Shown: positions 29,560-37,693 of the stretch, in pieces | Numbering within the stretch: the first letter of the stretch is position 1 | Layout: every line of letters begins with the position of its first letter | Assembly: GCA_030648615.1 (NCBI GenBank) | Contig: JAUSHJ010000042.1 | Location: 1 to 61,590, forward strand | DNA length: 61,590 nucleotides | Source of the DNA: Candidatus Micrarchaeota archaeon | Lineage (GTDB): Archaea > Micrarchaeota > Micrarchaeia > Anstonellales > Bilamarchaeaceae | Direction of reading: 5' to 3' | Notes under the pieces: model-generated | What the model saw: the letters and a program-made list of their open reading frames with translations, nothing else | What the model was told of the DNA's origin: nothing | The model's database searches: none | Position numbers and translations under genes: made by a program

Positions 29560-30150
29560 AACGAGTAATTAAAAGCTTCTGAATACTAAGCATATATGGG
29601 CTAGATTGGGGCCAGGGGTCCCAGCACCGTACATCCCCTTTAGACGGGTCGAAGACCCGGGGCGTTATATAATTCTAAGATGCCTTCTGTTTTAAGCGTC
29701 GATGCTCTGCCTCATATGGCAGTCTTTACGCATCAACCGAGCCAGATCGAAAGAAGCAACTCTAAATGCATAAAACTGTGCTTGTGAGATACAGAGTGGA
29801 GCTGATGGCAGAAGCTCCTTCTTAGTGTTACTATGGCCAACCGGGATGCCCATTTTGAAACAAAATGGGCTGAATTTACTAACAAGTAAATCGGATGCCC
29901 ACTCTACTTATGATAAACTAAGGTTCGTGGACCTTTGACGTGTATTCACGTCAAAATTTGTCACGATTTTTTTGCCCTCGTGACAACCCTTCCTAGTCTT
30001 CAGTTTCGCTTATAGACGGAATTCCAGTCAGTTTGCCCTAAAGGCAAATCCCTCGAGCATAGCTCTCGGTCACTCCGCTATCGCTACGTGACAGCCAACA
30101 CGTATCTGTTCTTTCTTGTAAATCGTCAACTGTCGAAAAAAACTACATAA
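29560..30150. other. ORF-free, hairpin-rich ~600-bp region; candidate structured ncRNA or degraded gene
   Basis: No ORF of 60 aa or more on either strand. GC-rich core at 29595-29660 (ggggccaggggtccc..., cgggtc-gaa-gacccg). Downstream hairpins ttgacgtg-tattc-acgtcaaa, tttgcc-ctaaa-ggcaaa, and the 29-bp IR element. Confidence 0.25.
29958..29987. repeat. 29-bp inverted-repeat element, copy 2 (inverted relative to copy 1)
   Basis: tttgtcacga-tttttttgccc-tcgtgacaa, the exact reverse complement of 24568-24598. Confidence 0.55.
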
Positions 30151-30157
30151 AAAGCAA

Positions 30158-30382
30158 ATGTTTTTAAACGACCTCTTAGTCGTTATCTCGGTGATCAATA
30201 TGTGTAATGGAACATGTGGAATAATAAGCGGACTTGTAGTTTTAGTATCAGGTCTATCGTTTACAGGTTTAGTTGGAGCATTAACACCAATGATAGGTGG
30301 ATGGTTGCTATTATTATATGGTTTAATGACAGTAGTACATGGACTTAAATTATGCCCACAATGTGCTGCTGGTAAAAAGTAG
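30158..30382 (+). CDS. small hydrophobic protein, hypothetical
   Basis: 74 aa with two predicted TM helices and a C-terminal 'CPQCAAGKK'. Confidence 0.3.
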   Translation: MFLNDLLVVISVINMCNGTCGIISGLVVLVSGLSFTGLVGALTPMIGGWLLLLYGLMTVVHGLKLCPQCAAGKK

Positions 30383-30397
30383 TTTTTTTAATTTTTT

Positions 30398-30490
30398 TTA
30401 TTCTACTATAAATTCTATCGATGTTAAAGAATTCTTCTTTAACAGTTGTAAATCGCAAATAGATTTACTCGAATTTACAACAGGACAAAA
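30398..30490 (+). repeat. MITE-like repeat, copy 3 (family A)
   Basis: About 90% identical to 12483-12592 over ~95 nt. Confidence 0.6.
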
Positions 30491-30499
30491 TTTCCCGAC

Positions 30500-30585
30500 A
30501 CGATTGTTGCTCGTGGCAACAATTGCGTGGGCACAATTATTTTCCGCAGAAAATAATGTGCATTGACGCGTTTTCGCGTCAATTG
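30500..30585. repeat. hairpin element (family B-like) appended to MITE copy 3
   Basis: cgattgttgc-tcgt-ggcaacaattgcg, gcacaattatttt-ccgcag-aaaataatgtgc, and cattgacgcg-tttt-cgcgtcaattg. All three show the CATTG/CAATTG one-nt asymmetry. Confidence 0.5.
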
Positions 30586-30645
30586 TATCTTTTTCCTAAT
30601 TGGAAAAAGTTTGTTATCATTTTGTCCTTTTATTATCTTTTTATA

Positions 30646-31374
30646 TTAAACAATAGAAATGCCATTGGGCCCTAATTTTATTGGTAATGATAACCCTAGT
30701 GATTGCAATTCTAATTCGAAGGAACCGCCTTTGTCGTGAATAGTCATTTTATCATCCATTCCGTGCTCAACCATACCTAGAAATTGTTTATCATGCACAC
30801 CTTCTTCTACTAGGAATAATGTAGTAGCTTCTGCATTCTTAAGCCGTCCTCCAACTACCTGAAGAAATTTAACCAGAGATTCCTTAGGATTGTACAACAT
30901 TAACGAAGAAAGAGAGTAAAATACTACACGTAGTTTCTTGCCAGCAGTACGATTGATTACCTCTTTTATTGCTACAGACATATCTTCCAGCGCACTTGGC
31001 CCAGGAACATAGATCAGTTGTTTAGTTGCATCTGGAACAGGCATACCTAAAGTAGAAGAATAGCAATCTATGAAAAAAATATTTTCATCAGTTAAGTCTA
31101 TTCCTATAGAAGAAGATTTATCTTTTAGCGATTGTGGAGCGCCATCAATAAGAAGTACTAAAATTGCGTCTTTCTTTGATTTTAGACCATCACCAAGAAA
31201 ATGAAATGCTAAAGCATTTTTTTCCATACCAGTGGGACCCATGAGAAGCATATTAGATGGATTTTGATAACCACCTTCTAGGATAATATCCAGTTCCCTT
31301 ATTCCTGTACTGAGCCTATTTTTCCTTAGAATAGGCATGTCCTTGTCTACACCTAGAGGAGGTAATTCTTGCAT
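30646..31374 (-). CDS. KaiC/RadA-like RecA-superfamily ATPase with a degenerate Walker A
   Basis: 'TGIRELDIILEGGYQNPSNMLLMGPTGMEKN'. The P-loop GPTGMEKN lacks the canonical GK[ST]. Confidence 0.6.
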   Translation of the reverse strand: MQELPPLGVDKDMPILRKNRLSTGIRELDIILEGGYQNPSNMLLMGPTGMEKNALAFHFLGDGLKSKKDAILVLLIDGAPQSLKDKSSSIGIDLTDENIFFIDCYSSTLGMPVPDATKQLIYVPGPSALEDMSVAIKEVINRTAGKKLRVVFYSLSSLMLYNPKESLVKFLQVVGGRLKNAEATTLFLVEEGVHDKQFLGMVEHGMDDKMTIHDKGGSFELELQSLGLSLPIKLGPNGISIV

Positions 31375-31647
31375 GAATTTAATTAGTGTGGAAAATTTAT
31401 AAATAAGTGCTTAGAACTAGAGGTTGAAGCTAGATAGTAGAGGGTTGAAGATGAAACTACTTTCCAGACTAACTACTAGCCGTAATCGACATTTTGATAA
31501 AAATATTTACCGAAAAGTATAACATTTTAGTAAATGGAGTTACCAAAATGCGCATATATTCTACGCTTTGGTAAAATTATTTGACGAAATGCCCAACATT
31601 TTGGTAAAAGTATTTGCCGGAATGCAGAAAACAGAAGAATTACTGCC

Positions 31648-32643
31648 CTATGGTTGCTTAGAAGTTAAATTTTTATGAGTTTTTAGAATTAGCCCTAATT
31701 TATCTATTGCAAATGAAATTAGTACAAACAAAACTAGTAAAAGAAAACTAACCAGTATGGCTGTTGACCAATCAAAAATTTTTATTGAAAACATTTGAAT
31801 CTCATATAATGAAACTGGTATTAAGAATAAAGTAAACATTAGTATCCAGTATCGAAGTGAATTTCTACCTAAATATTCAAGAATAGAACTGAGTTTAGAT
31901 ACACGTTTTACGCGATCGAAAGCAGCGTAACATAACACCCCAAAAACTGCAGAAAGTTGAATGAATGATGGCGAAACCCGCATCTTATCTATAGAAAATA
32001 TCAACAAGGTTATTAAAAAAATCGCCAGTGATGATACAAAAACCTCTTTGAAGGAGCTTTTATCATTTTTAACTAGTCCTTTGCCGATTACTAACCCTGC
32101 AAGTGAAAGCGGTAGATAAAACAGTGCTCCATTATACCCACCTATATAAGCTGAATCAAATATGGCAACTCCGAATTTAGAAACTAAAATATAGTAAACA
32201 AAAGTTAGTAGTACCGAAACTATGACATTTAGATAACTGGAAAAATAAAAAAATAATGAGGATAGAATAAACATTAATGCGATCAGCATCACTTCATCCA
32301 TGCCAAAGAATGCTCCGCTTGAGAACAGAGATAACATAATAGATATTCCTGCAAGCATGGCAAATCTTTCGATAATATCTAAAACGAGAGTTGAATTTTT
32401 TATTCGTTTAGACATAAAAAAAGCAGTTGAAATGCCACTAGCAAAAACAAAAATGGAAAGAACAAAATCACCCATGTGCACTGCTCCGGCAACATTGTGT
32501 GTGAGAAAATCCGGCAACTCTTTGGTGATCCTCAAGAGTATGGAAAAGAATACCATACCTAGAATAGCAAAACCTTTAAGTTGGTCTAGTGTACGATTTC
32601 TAGTAATTAGCTCAGATGGCATAGAATCAGAACTATTTCCCAA
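31648..32643 (-). CDS. polytopic membrane protein (DUF1624/acyltransferase-3-like?)
   Basis: Eight or more TM helices. N-terminal 'LDQLKGFAILGMVF'. Confidence 0.45.
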   Translation of the reverse strand: MGNSSDSMPSELITRNRTLDQLKGFAILGMVFFSILLRITKELPDFLTHNVAGAVHMGDFVLSIFVFASGISTAFFMSKRIKNSTLVLDIIERFAMLAGISIMLSLFSSGAFFGMDEVMLIALMFILSSLFFYFSSYLNVIVSVLLTFVYYILVSKFGVAIFDSAYIGGYNGALFYLPLSLAGLVIGKGLVKNDKSSFKEVFVSSLAIFLITLLIFSIDKMRVSPSFIQLSAVFGVLCYAAFDRVKRVSKLSSILEYLGRNSLRYWILMFTLFLIPVSLYEIQMFSIKIFDWSTAILVSFLLLVLFVLISFAIDKLGLILKTHKNLTSKQP

Positions 32644-33073
32644 GAGTAGTACATTTGAGCGTCGGCTCAGCCCTACAACATTCCCTTACCCAGCTAGTAT
32701 CTGAATTACCAGTAAGCATTAATGCTATTACTACAGGCACAACGATATAAATTAAAATTCCGATTAAAGCACCAGTAAACATTGCAGTTGCCCAGACTGT
32801 CGCCCTTGCCCTTGTTTCTGCACCTAAGACTTGACCTAAAGAGTAGACAATGGCAGATAAAACAGCTAAGAGAATGGTAACTAGTACAATAAGACCTTGA
32901 GCACTAACACACAGTGTTCCCATTGCTCTTTGGATGTTAACTAAGCCGCCCGTACCACCACCGCTATTATGCCCTACAGTGTGGTTTGCAAATGTAATGG
33001 AAATTAGATTAACTAGTATGAATGAGAGTAGAAGATATTGACGAATCTTAAGAAAATTATTGAGTGTGAACAT
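32633..33073 (-). CDS. small membrane protein, VirB2/TrbC-like topology (paralogue A)
   Basis: Signal peptide plus two hydrophobic helices. The C-terminal 60 aa are near-identical to the neighbouring gene ('LGAETRARATVWATAMFTGALIGILIYIVVPVVI'). Confidence 0.45.
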   Translation of the reverse strand: MFTLNNFLKIRQYLLLSFILVNLISITFANHTVGHNSGGGTGGLVNIQRAMGTLCVSAQGLIVLVTILLAVLSAIVYSLGQVLGAETRARATVWATAMFTGALIGILIYIVVPVVIALMLTGNSDTSWVRECCRAEPTLKCTTLGK

Positions 33074-33133
33074 GATTGTTTACCTTTAGATGAAATAAAT
33101 TAAAAAGAAAAATAAAAAAAATAAAAGATAAAA

Positions 33134-33529
33134 TTATCTGACATAATAACCGCATGGGTCACCTGTACCCAGTGGTCTACCAGAAAGCATTCCGATTACA
33201 ACTGGTACAACGATATATATCAAAATGCCTATTACTGCGCCTATAAACATGTTGGTTGCCCATACGCTTGCACGTGCTCTTGTTTCAGCACCAAGCATTT
33301 GACCAGCTGCGTAAGTAACTGCACCTAGAATTATCATTAAGATAGCTGCAACACCTAAAAGGCTTTGTGCATCTCTACATAATGAAGTTAACGCGGTTTT
33401 AATATTACTACCACCCGTAGTTGATGCCGCTCCTGCAAAAATCATGCTCGCAAAACTCAATAGCATAACTAAAGTAACAAATATTTTTCCGAATTGATTT
33501 ATCCTGTTCATCATCTTAAATACGTCCAT
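33134..33529 (-). CDS. small membrane protein, VirB2/TrbC-like topology (paralogue B)
   Basis: Sec-type signal peptide ending 'IFAGAAS', then two hydrophobic helices separated by 'GQMLGAETRARASVWAT'. Confidence 0.45.
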   Translation of the reverse strand: MDVFKMMNRINQFGKIFVTLVMLLSFASMIFAGAASTTGGSNIKTALTSLCRDAQSLLGVAAILMIILGAVTYAAGQMLGAETRARASVWATNMFIGAVIGILIYIVVPVVIGMLSGRPLGTGDPCGYYVR

Positions 33530-33625
33530 AAATTTTCACCTTTTAACCCTCAATGGGAAGTTATTAAAGTTATTAAGAAATAGATAAACATTAAGGTTTA
33601 AAAAGGTTATATATAAGAAAAATTA

Positions 33626-35188
33626 GTGAAATTACCTATTAATATTAAGAACACTAAACAAATGATTTTTTTACTTCTAATAGTATATACTATTACAAGA
33701 CTTTTTATTGTATCTTATGTACCGCTCGTTAAAGATGAAACGATCTATGCCATGATGATAGAAGAACAGGCAGAAAAACCAACGTTAATTACAACATTTT
33801 TAGGCTACGATGTAGGCTGGAAACCACCAGTGTTCTTTTGGATTTATGCTTCTTTTATTAAAATTCTAAAAGTGTTGCCACTACCTCTAGAGCATATTTA
33901 TAGACTACCAACAGTATTTTTTGGAGCTGTAAATGTAGTTCTAGTTTATTTTTTTATAAAAAAATTACATACACCAGAAATTGCTTTTTTGACTGCATTA
34001 ATTTATGAATGCTTATTTCTTACAATTTATACCGATAATTCAGTCTTGACAGATACACTAAACATGACATTTGTTTTTATTAGTCTTTTATTTTACATAA
34101 ACAAGAAACCTACGATGAAAAATTTTATCATCGGCGCAACATTTGCATTTCTAGCGTTCTATGTCAAATTTGCACTTGCATTTATAGTTCCCGTTTTAGT
34201 TATCAGTTATTACTTTTTTAATGATGAAAAATTTGATAAGAAAATTTTTCAGAATTGTAAATTATCAAATTTACAATATGATAAAAAAATATTAAAAAAT
34301 CCAATATTATGGTACTCTTTTATCGCCATACTTTTAGCTCCAGTTATATATTATTCTTTATTTTCTGATAAAAGTTTGACAGAGAACGTATACAATAAAG
34401 ACATTTTGGATAGATTTCTAAGCATACTAGAACCCATAAAAAATATCGACATCGCCAAAAGTTCTTTAATAGGTCTTTTTTTCCTTGTGAGTGTATTTTT
34501 GGTCATTGGAATTGCAGGATTGAAGAACAATTGGAAAAAATATTTATTCTTTGCTTCCTGGTTAAGCCTAATAGCATTTCCAATATTCTCAGGAAATTAT
34601 CTGCCTTGGCATTTCTTACCAATAGCATTGCCATTGGCATTTTTTTCTGCCATAGAATTAAGCTATTATAAAGAAAAATATTTATTCGATAGATTCAGCG
34701 CATTTATTTTAATTTTAATAATAATAGTTAATCTAGCTTTAGGAATGATGTTCTATGATGACCTAAAAAATGGGATTATGCCTGAAAAAAGTGCCGGAGA
34801 ATTCCTTGCGTTTAAACAGAACGTAGCAATAATTGGAGATTATCCCCCCACAATAATAGCATACAAAACACTGAAAGAAAAAAGAAAATTAGGACATATA
34901 CTTGATTATGGCTGGATATTAGGATCTGGACAACAGGATAATGAAAGCTATCAGAAATTAGGCCAAAAATATTTTGAAAATATTAACAATATTGAAAATG
35001 GATCTTTTGCCAAAATGTTTTACGTAGACAATAAAATATTTAGAAAGGATACTAACATCAGCAAATTCGATTACCTGGTGGCCATAGGCTGGAAAAGTAA
35101 AAATGGAAAACTTATTTGGAACAGTACGAACATAAATATTTATGATATTAGTTCAGGAATAAATAAATCAGTTGTATCTTCTCAATAA
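33626..35188 (+). CDS. GT-C fold glycosyltransferase (PMT_2/ArnT-like)
   Basis: More than 11 TM helices. 'LVKDETIYAMM' acidic motif in the first loop. Confidence 0.55.
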   Translation: MKLPINIKNTKQMIFLLLIVYTITRLFIVSYVPLVKDETIYAMMIEEQAEKPTLITTFLGYDVGWKPPVFFWIYASFIKILKVLPLPLEHIYRLPTVFFGAVNVVLVYFFIKKLHTPEIAFLTALIYECLFLTIYTDNSVLTDTLNMTFVFISLLFYINKKPTMKNFIIGATFAFLAFYVKFALAFIVPVLVISYYFFNDEKFDKKIFQNCKLSNLQYDKKILKNPILWYSFIAILLAPVIYYSLFSDKSLTENVYNKDILDRFLSILEPIKNIDIAKSSLIGLFFLVSVFLVIGIAGLKNNWKKYLFFASWLSLIAFPIFSGNYLPWHFLPIALPLAFFSAIELSYYKEKYLFDRFSAFILILIIIVNLALGMMFYDDLKNGIMPEKSAGEFLAFKQNVAIIGDYPPTIIAYKTLKEKRKLGHILDYGWILGSGQQDNESYQKLGQKYFENINNIENGSFAKMFYVDNKIFRKDTNISKFDYLVAIGWKSKNGKLIWNSTNINIYDISSGINKSVVSSQ

Positions 35189-35366
35189 TTAATATGACTG
35201 GATTAGCTGAAAACGTTTTAATTCTAGCATTATTTTAATAACCGTATTAAAATCACCCTAAAACTAGGAAAAATCGTCCACGAAAATATTTTTCTCAATA
35301 ACCTTATAATGCCTACGTTTTTCAGACAAACTTAGAGTTTAGTAGGCACTACGGAAAATTACTTTG

Positions 35367-35458
35367 AATATACCTTAGTTATCAAAATTGATAATTAAAG
35401 TAAAAACAAAGCTTAATATACCTTAGTTATCAAAATTGATAATTATGGTAAAAACAAA
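35367..35458 (+). promoter_or_regulatory. 44-nt tandem direct repeat (x2, period 48 nt) containing the ttatcaaaattgataa palindrome; candidate AbiEi operator
   Basis: Copy 1 is at 35367-35410 and copy 2 at 35415-35458, identical except 'taaag' versus 'tatgg'. Copy 2 overlaps the AbiEi start codon. Confidence 0.5.
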
Positions 35459-36056
35459 TAAGATTATGATTTTGAAAGAATTACAAAAATACCCAGTATT
35501 CACTGCCAAAACTATTAGAGATATTACAGGCAAAGAAAGGCAGTATGGCAATCTGATACTTCATAGATTAAAAAAAGCAGGTCTGATTTTTAAACTCGAG
35601 AGAGATAAATATACTGTACATGAAGATTCTTGGATAGTAGCTTCAAATATTCTATGGCCATCATATATATCTGGTTGGGCAGCCCTCCAGTATTATCATT
35701 TAACTGAACAACTCCCGTGGCGCATAGATATAATAACCACCGGGCAAAAGAAGAAAAGAGAAATAACTTTTGGAAATTCAAGAATACGTTTCATTAAAAC
35801 AAAACCAGAATATATGTTCGGATTTAGAAAAGAGCATTATCACGGTTTTGAGATATTCATAGCAGAAAAAGAAAAGTGTATTGCAGATAGTTTTGTTTTT
35901 AAGAAAGTTTCGGACGAAGAATTATTAGACATCGTATCCAAACATAAAGAAGAGTTAGACATAAGATTAATAACTAAATATATAAAAAAAATGGTTCGTC
36001 GTCCATGGGCGAAGAACGCCGAATATTTTTTAGAGAGGCTCAATACACATGCTTAG
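35436..36056 (+). CDS. AbiEi-like antitoxin / transcriptional regulator (type IV TA, abortive infection)
   Basis: N-terminal wHTH 'ILKELQKYPVFTAKTIRDITGKERQYGNLILHRLKKAGLI'. 8-nt overlap with the downstream DUF1814 gene. The true start is possibly M at 35445. Confidence 0.6.
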   Translation: MIIMVKTNKIMILKELQKYPVFTAKTIRDITGKERQYGNLILHRLKKAGLIFKLERDKYTVHEDSWIVASNILWPSYISGWAALQYYHLTEQLPWRIDIITTGQKKKREITFGNSRIRFIKTKPEYMFGFRKEHYHGFEIFIAEKEKCIADSFVFKKVSDEELLDIVSKHKEELDIRLITKYIKKMVRRPWAKNAEYFLERLNTHA

Positions 36057-36807
36057 CAGAAATGAATTGGAAACAATGATGCAACTGAAACGACTCAGTA
36101 TTGTCCAGACTGAAAAAGATTATCTTCAAAACATTCTCCTTTATACGATATATTCGGTTGCTGGTAGAGAACTGATTTTCAAAGGGGGCACATGCTTATA
36201 CAAGGTATATGGCCTGAATAGATTTAGCGAAGACCTTGATTTTTCCTTAACTAAATATTTTGACTTTGAAAAGTTAGTGAAAAAGATATTATTTATGACA
36301 GGACAAACTGGATTATATGGAAAGGTAAAAACATTTGAAAAATATCAGAATCAGTTTAATATAAATATGGAATTCAAAGGACCACTATATTCAGGAAATC
36401 CAAAAAGTCTATGCTTTATAGGTCTTGACATCAGTATGCGTGAAAAACCATTTTTATCACCGGAGAAGCAAACTTTGAATCAGTTCTACAAAGATATACC
36501 GGCATTTGATATATTTACAATGGATTTAAGAGAAATTCTTGTAGAAAAAATTGCGGCAACACATGACAGAAAAAAACCAAGAGATGTTTATGATATTTGG
36601 TTTCTTTTAAAATTTAAAAATGTCCAAATTGATTATGAGCTTCTGCAAAAAAAATTGAAAAAACGTAAAATATCTTTTGAAAAAGACACATTTCTTCATA
36701 AGATACAGGAAAAAGAACCGATGTGGAAAGGAGATTTGACACCATTGATTGCATCAGAATTACCCCCATTCGATCAGGTAAAAAAGGAGATTGAAGAAAG
36801 ATTATGA
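36049..36807 (+). CDS. AbiEii/AbiGii-family nucleotidyltransferase toxin (DUF1814)
   Basis: 'GGTCLYKVYGLNRFSEDLDFS' hallmark motif. Confidence 0.7.
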   Translation: MLSRNELETMMQLKRLSIVQTEKDYLQNILLYTIYSVAGRELIFKGGTCLYKVYGLNRFSEDLDFSLTKYFDFEKLVKKILFMTGQTGLYGKVKTFEKYQNQFNINMEFKGPLYSGNPKSLCFIGLDISMREKPFLSPEKQTLNQFYKDIPAFDIFTMDLREILVEKIAATHDRKKPRDVYDIWFLLKFKNVQIDYELLQKKLKKRKISFEKDTFLHKIQEKEPMWKGDLTPLIASELPPFDQVKKEIEERL

Positions 36808-36816
36808 GGTTAAATT

Positions 36817-37599
36817 ATGAACATTAAACTCAAAATAGGTAAAACCGTCCACGAGAACGCTGCACGTTACTACGAACAGGCAAAAGAAGCCAGGAAAAAG
36901 ATGGACGGGCTTAAGCAAGCAATAGAAGAAACAAAAAAGGAAATGATTAAATCAGAAAAGAAAGCTAAAGAAAATAAAAAACTAATAAAGACTAAAAAAG
37001 AAAAAAAATGGTTCGAAAAACTGCACTGGTTTTACACTTCAAAAGGAAAAATGGCTATAGGAGGAAGAAATGCACAGCAAAATGATCAGGTAGTTTCAAA
37101 ATACATGGAAGACAGAGACTTGTTTTTCCATGCTGATATCCAGGGAGCTACAGTGGTTATATTGAAGGATGGCATAGATGCAGAAGACAGTGAATTGTTA
37201 GAAACAGCACAGTTTGCAGCCAGCTTTAGCAATGCATGGAAAAACGGTAATGCATCTGTGGATGTCTATGCGGTAAAAAAGGATCAGCTTGCAAAACATA
37301 CAAGTGGCGGTTATATCCCAACAGGGGCTTTTGCCATAACTGGAGAAAGAAAATGGTTCAAGAAAATGAAGATGGCTCTAAGACTTGGTAGAAGCCCTAT
37401 GGTAGAGGGTGGAGGCATACTGATTGTACCTGAGAATTGTACTAAAAAGCTTGAAAATGAAGTTACACTTTTTCCTGCTGCTGCCGGAAAAGACAAGGGA
37501 GAGTTAACAAAAACTCTTGCGAAAAGATTTGCTGTACATCCTGATGAATTAATGGAAGTACTGCCTAATGGGAAAACTAAGATGGTGTACAAGGATTAA
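36817..37599 (+). CDS. NFACT-R (DUF814) domain protein, the C-terminal half of a NEMF/RqcH-type factor
   Basis: 'LHWFYTSKGKMAIGGRNAQQNDQVVSKYMEDRDLFFHADIQGATVVIL'. Confidence 0.65.
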   Translation: MNIKLKIGKTVHENAARYYEQAKEARKKMDGLKQAIEETKKEMIKSEKKAKENKKLIKTKKEKKWFEKLHWFYTSKGKMAIGGRNAQQNDQVVSKYMEDRDLFFHADIQGATVVILKDGIDAEDSELLETAQFAASFSNAWKNGNASVDVYAVKKDQLAKHTSGGYIPTGAFAITGERKWFKKMKMALRLGRSPMVEGGGILIVPENCTKKLENEVTLFPAAAGKDKGELTKTLAKRFAVHPDELMEVLPNGKTKMVYKD

Positions 37600-37693
37600 A
37601 CTCGAATAGAAAAGTATATTATTATTAGTTGTAATATAAGTCCAATTATTAGTAAGGGTAACCGAGACTAAAGACTCGAAACAGGAAACACAT

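Noticed and set aside
29590-29660. GC-rich segment tested as a tRNA, SRP RNA or RNase P RNA.
   Set aside because: The 'cgggtcgaagacccg' hairpin has a 5-nt loop and is not a T-loop. No RNase P P4 motif (GGAAAGUCCGG) or SRP helix-8 GGAA/AGCAG motif was found. It is kept only as a generic ncRNA candidate.
24568-29987. Considered the inverted 29-bp repeats as terminal inverted repeats of a 5.4-kb transposon.
   Set aside because: The intervening genes (RPA-like, Cdc48, M50 protease, Bud32) are core housekeeping genes in typical archaeal context. An independent small-element or operator role is more plausible.
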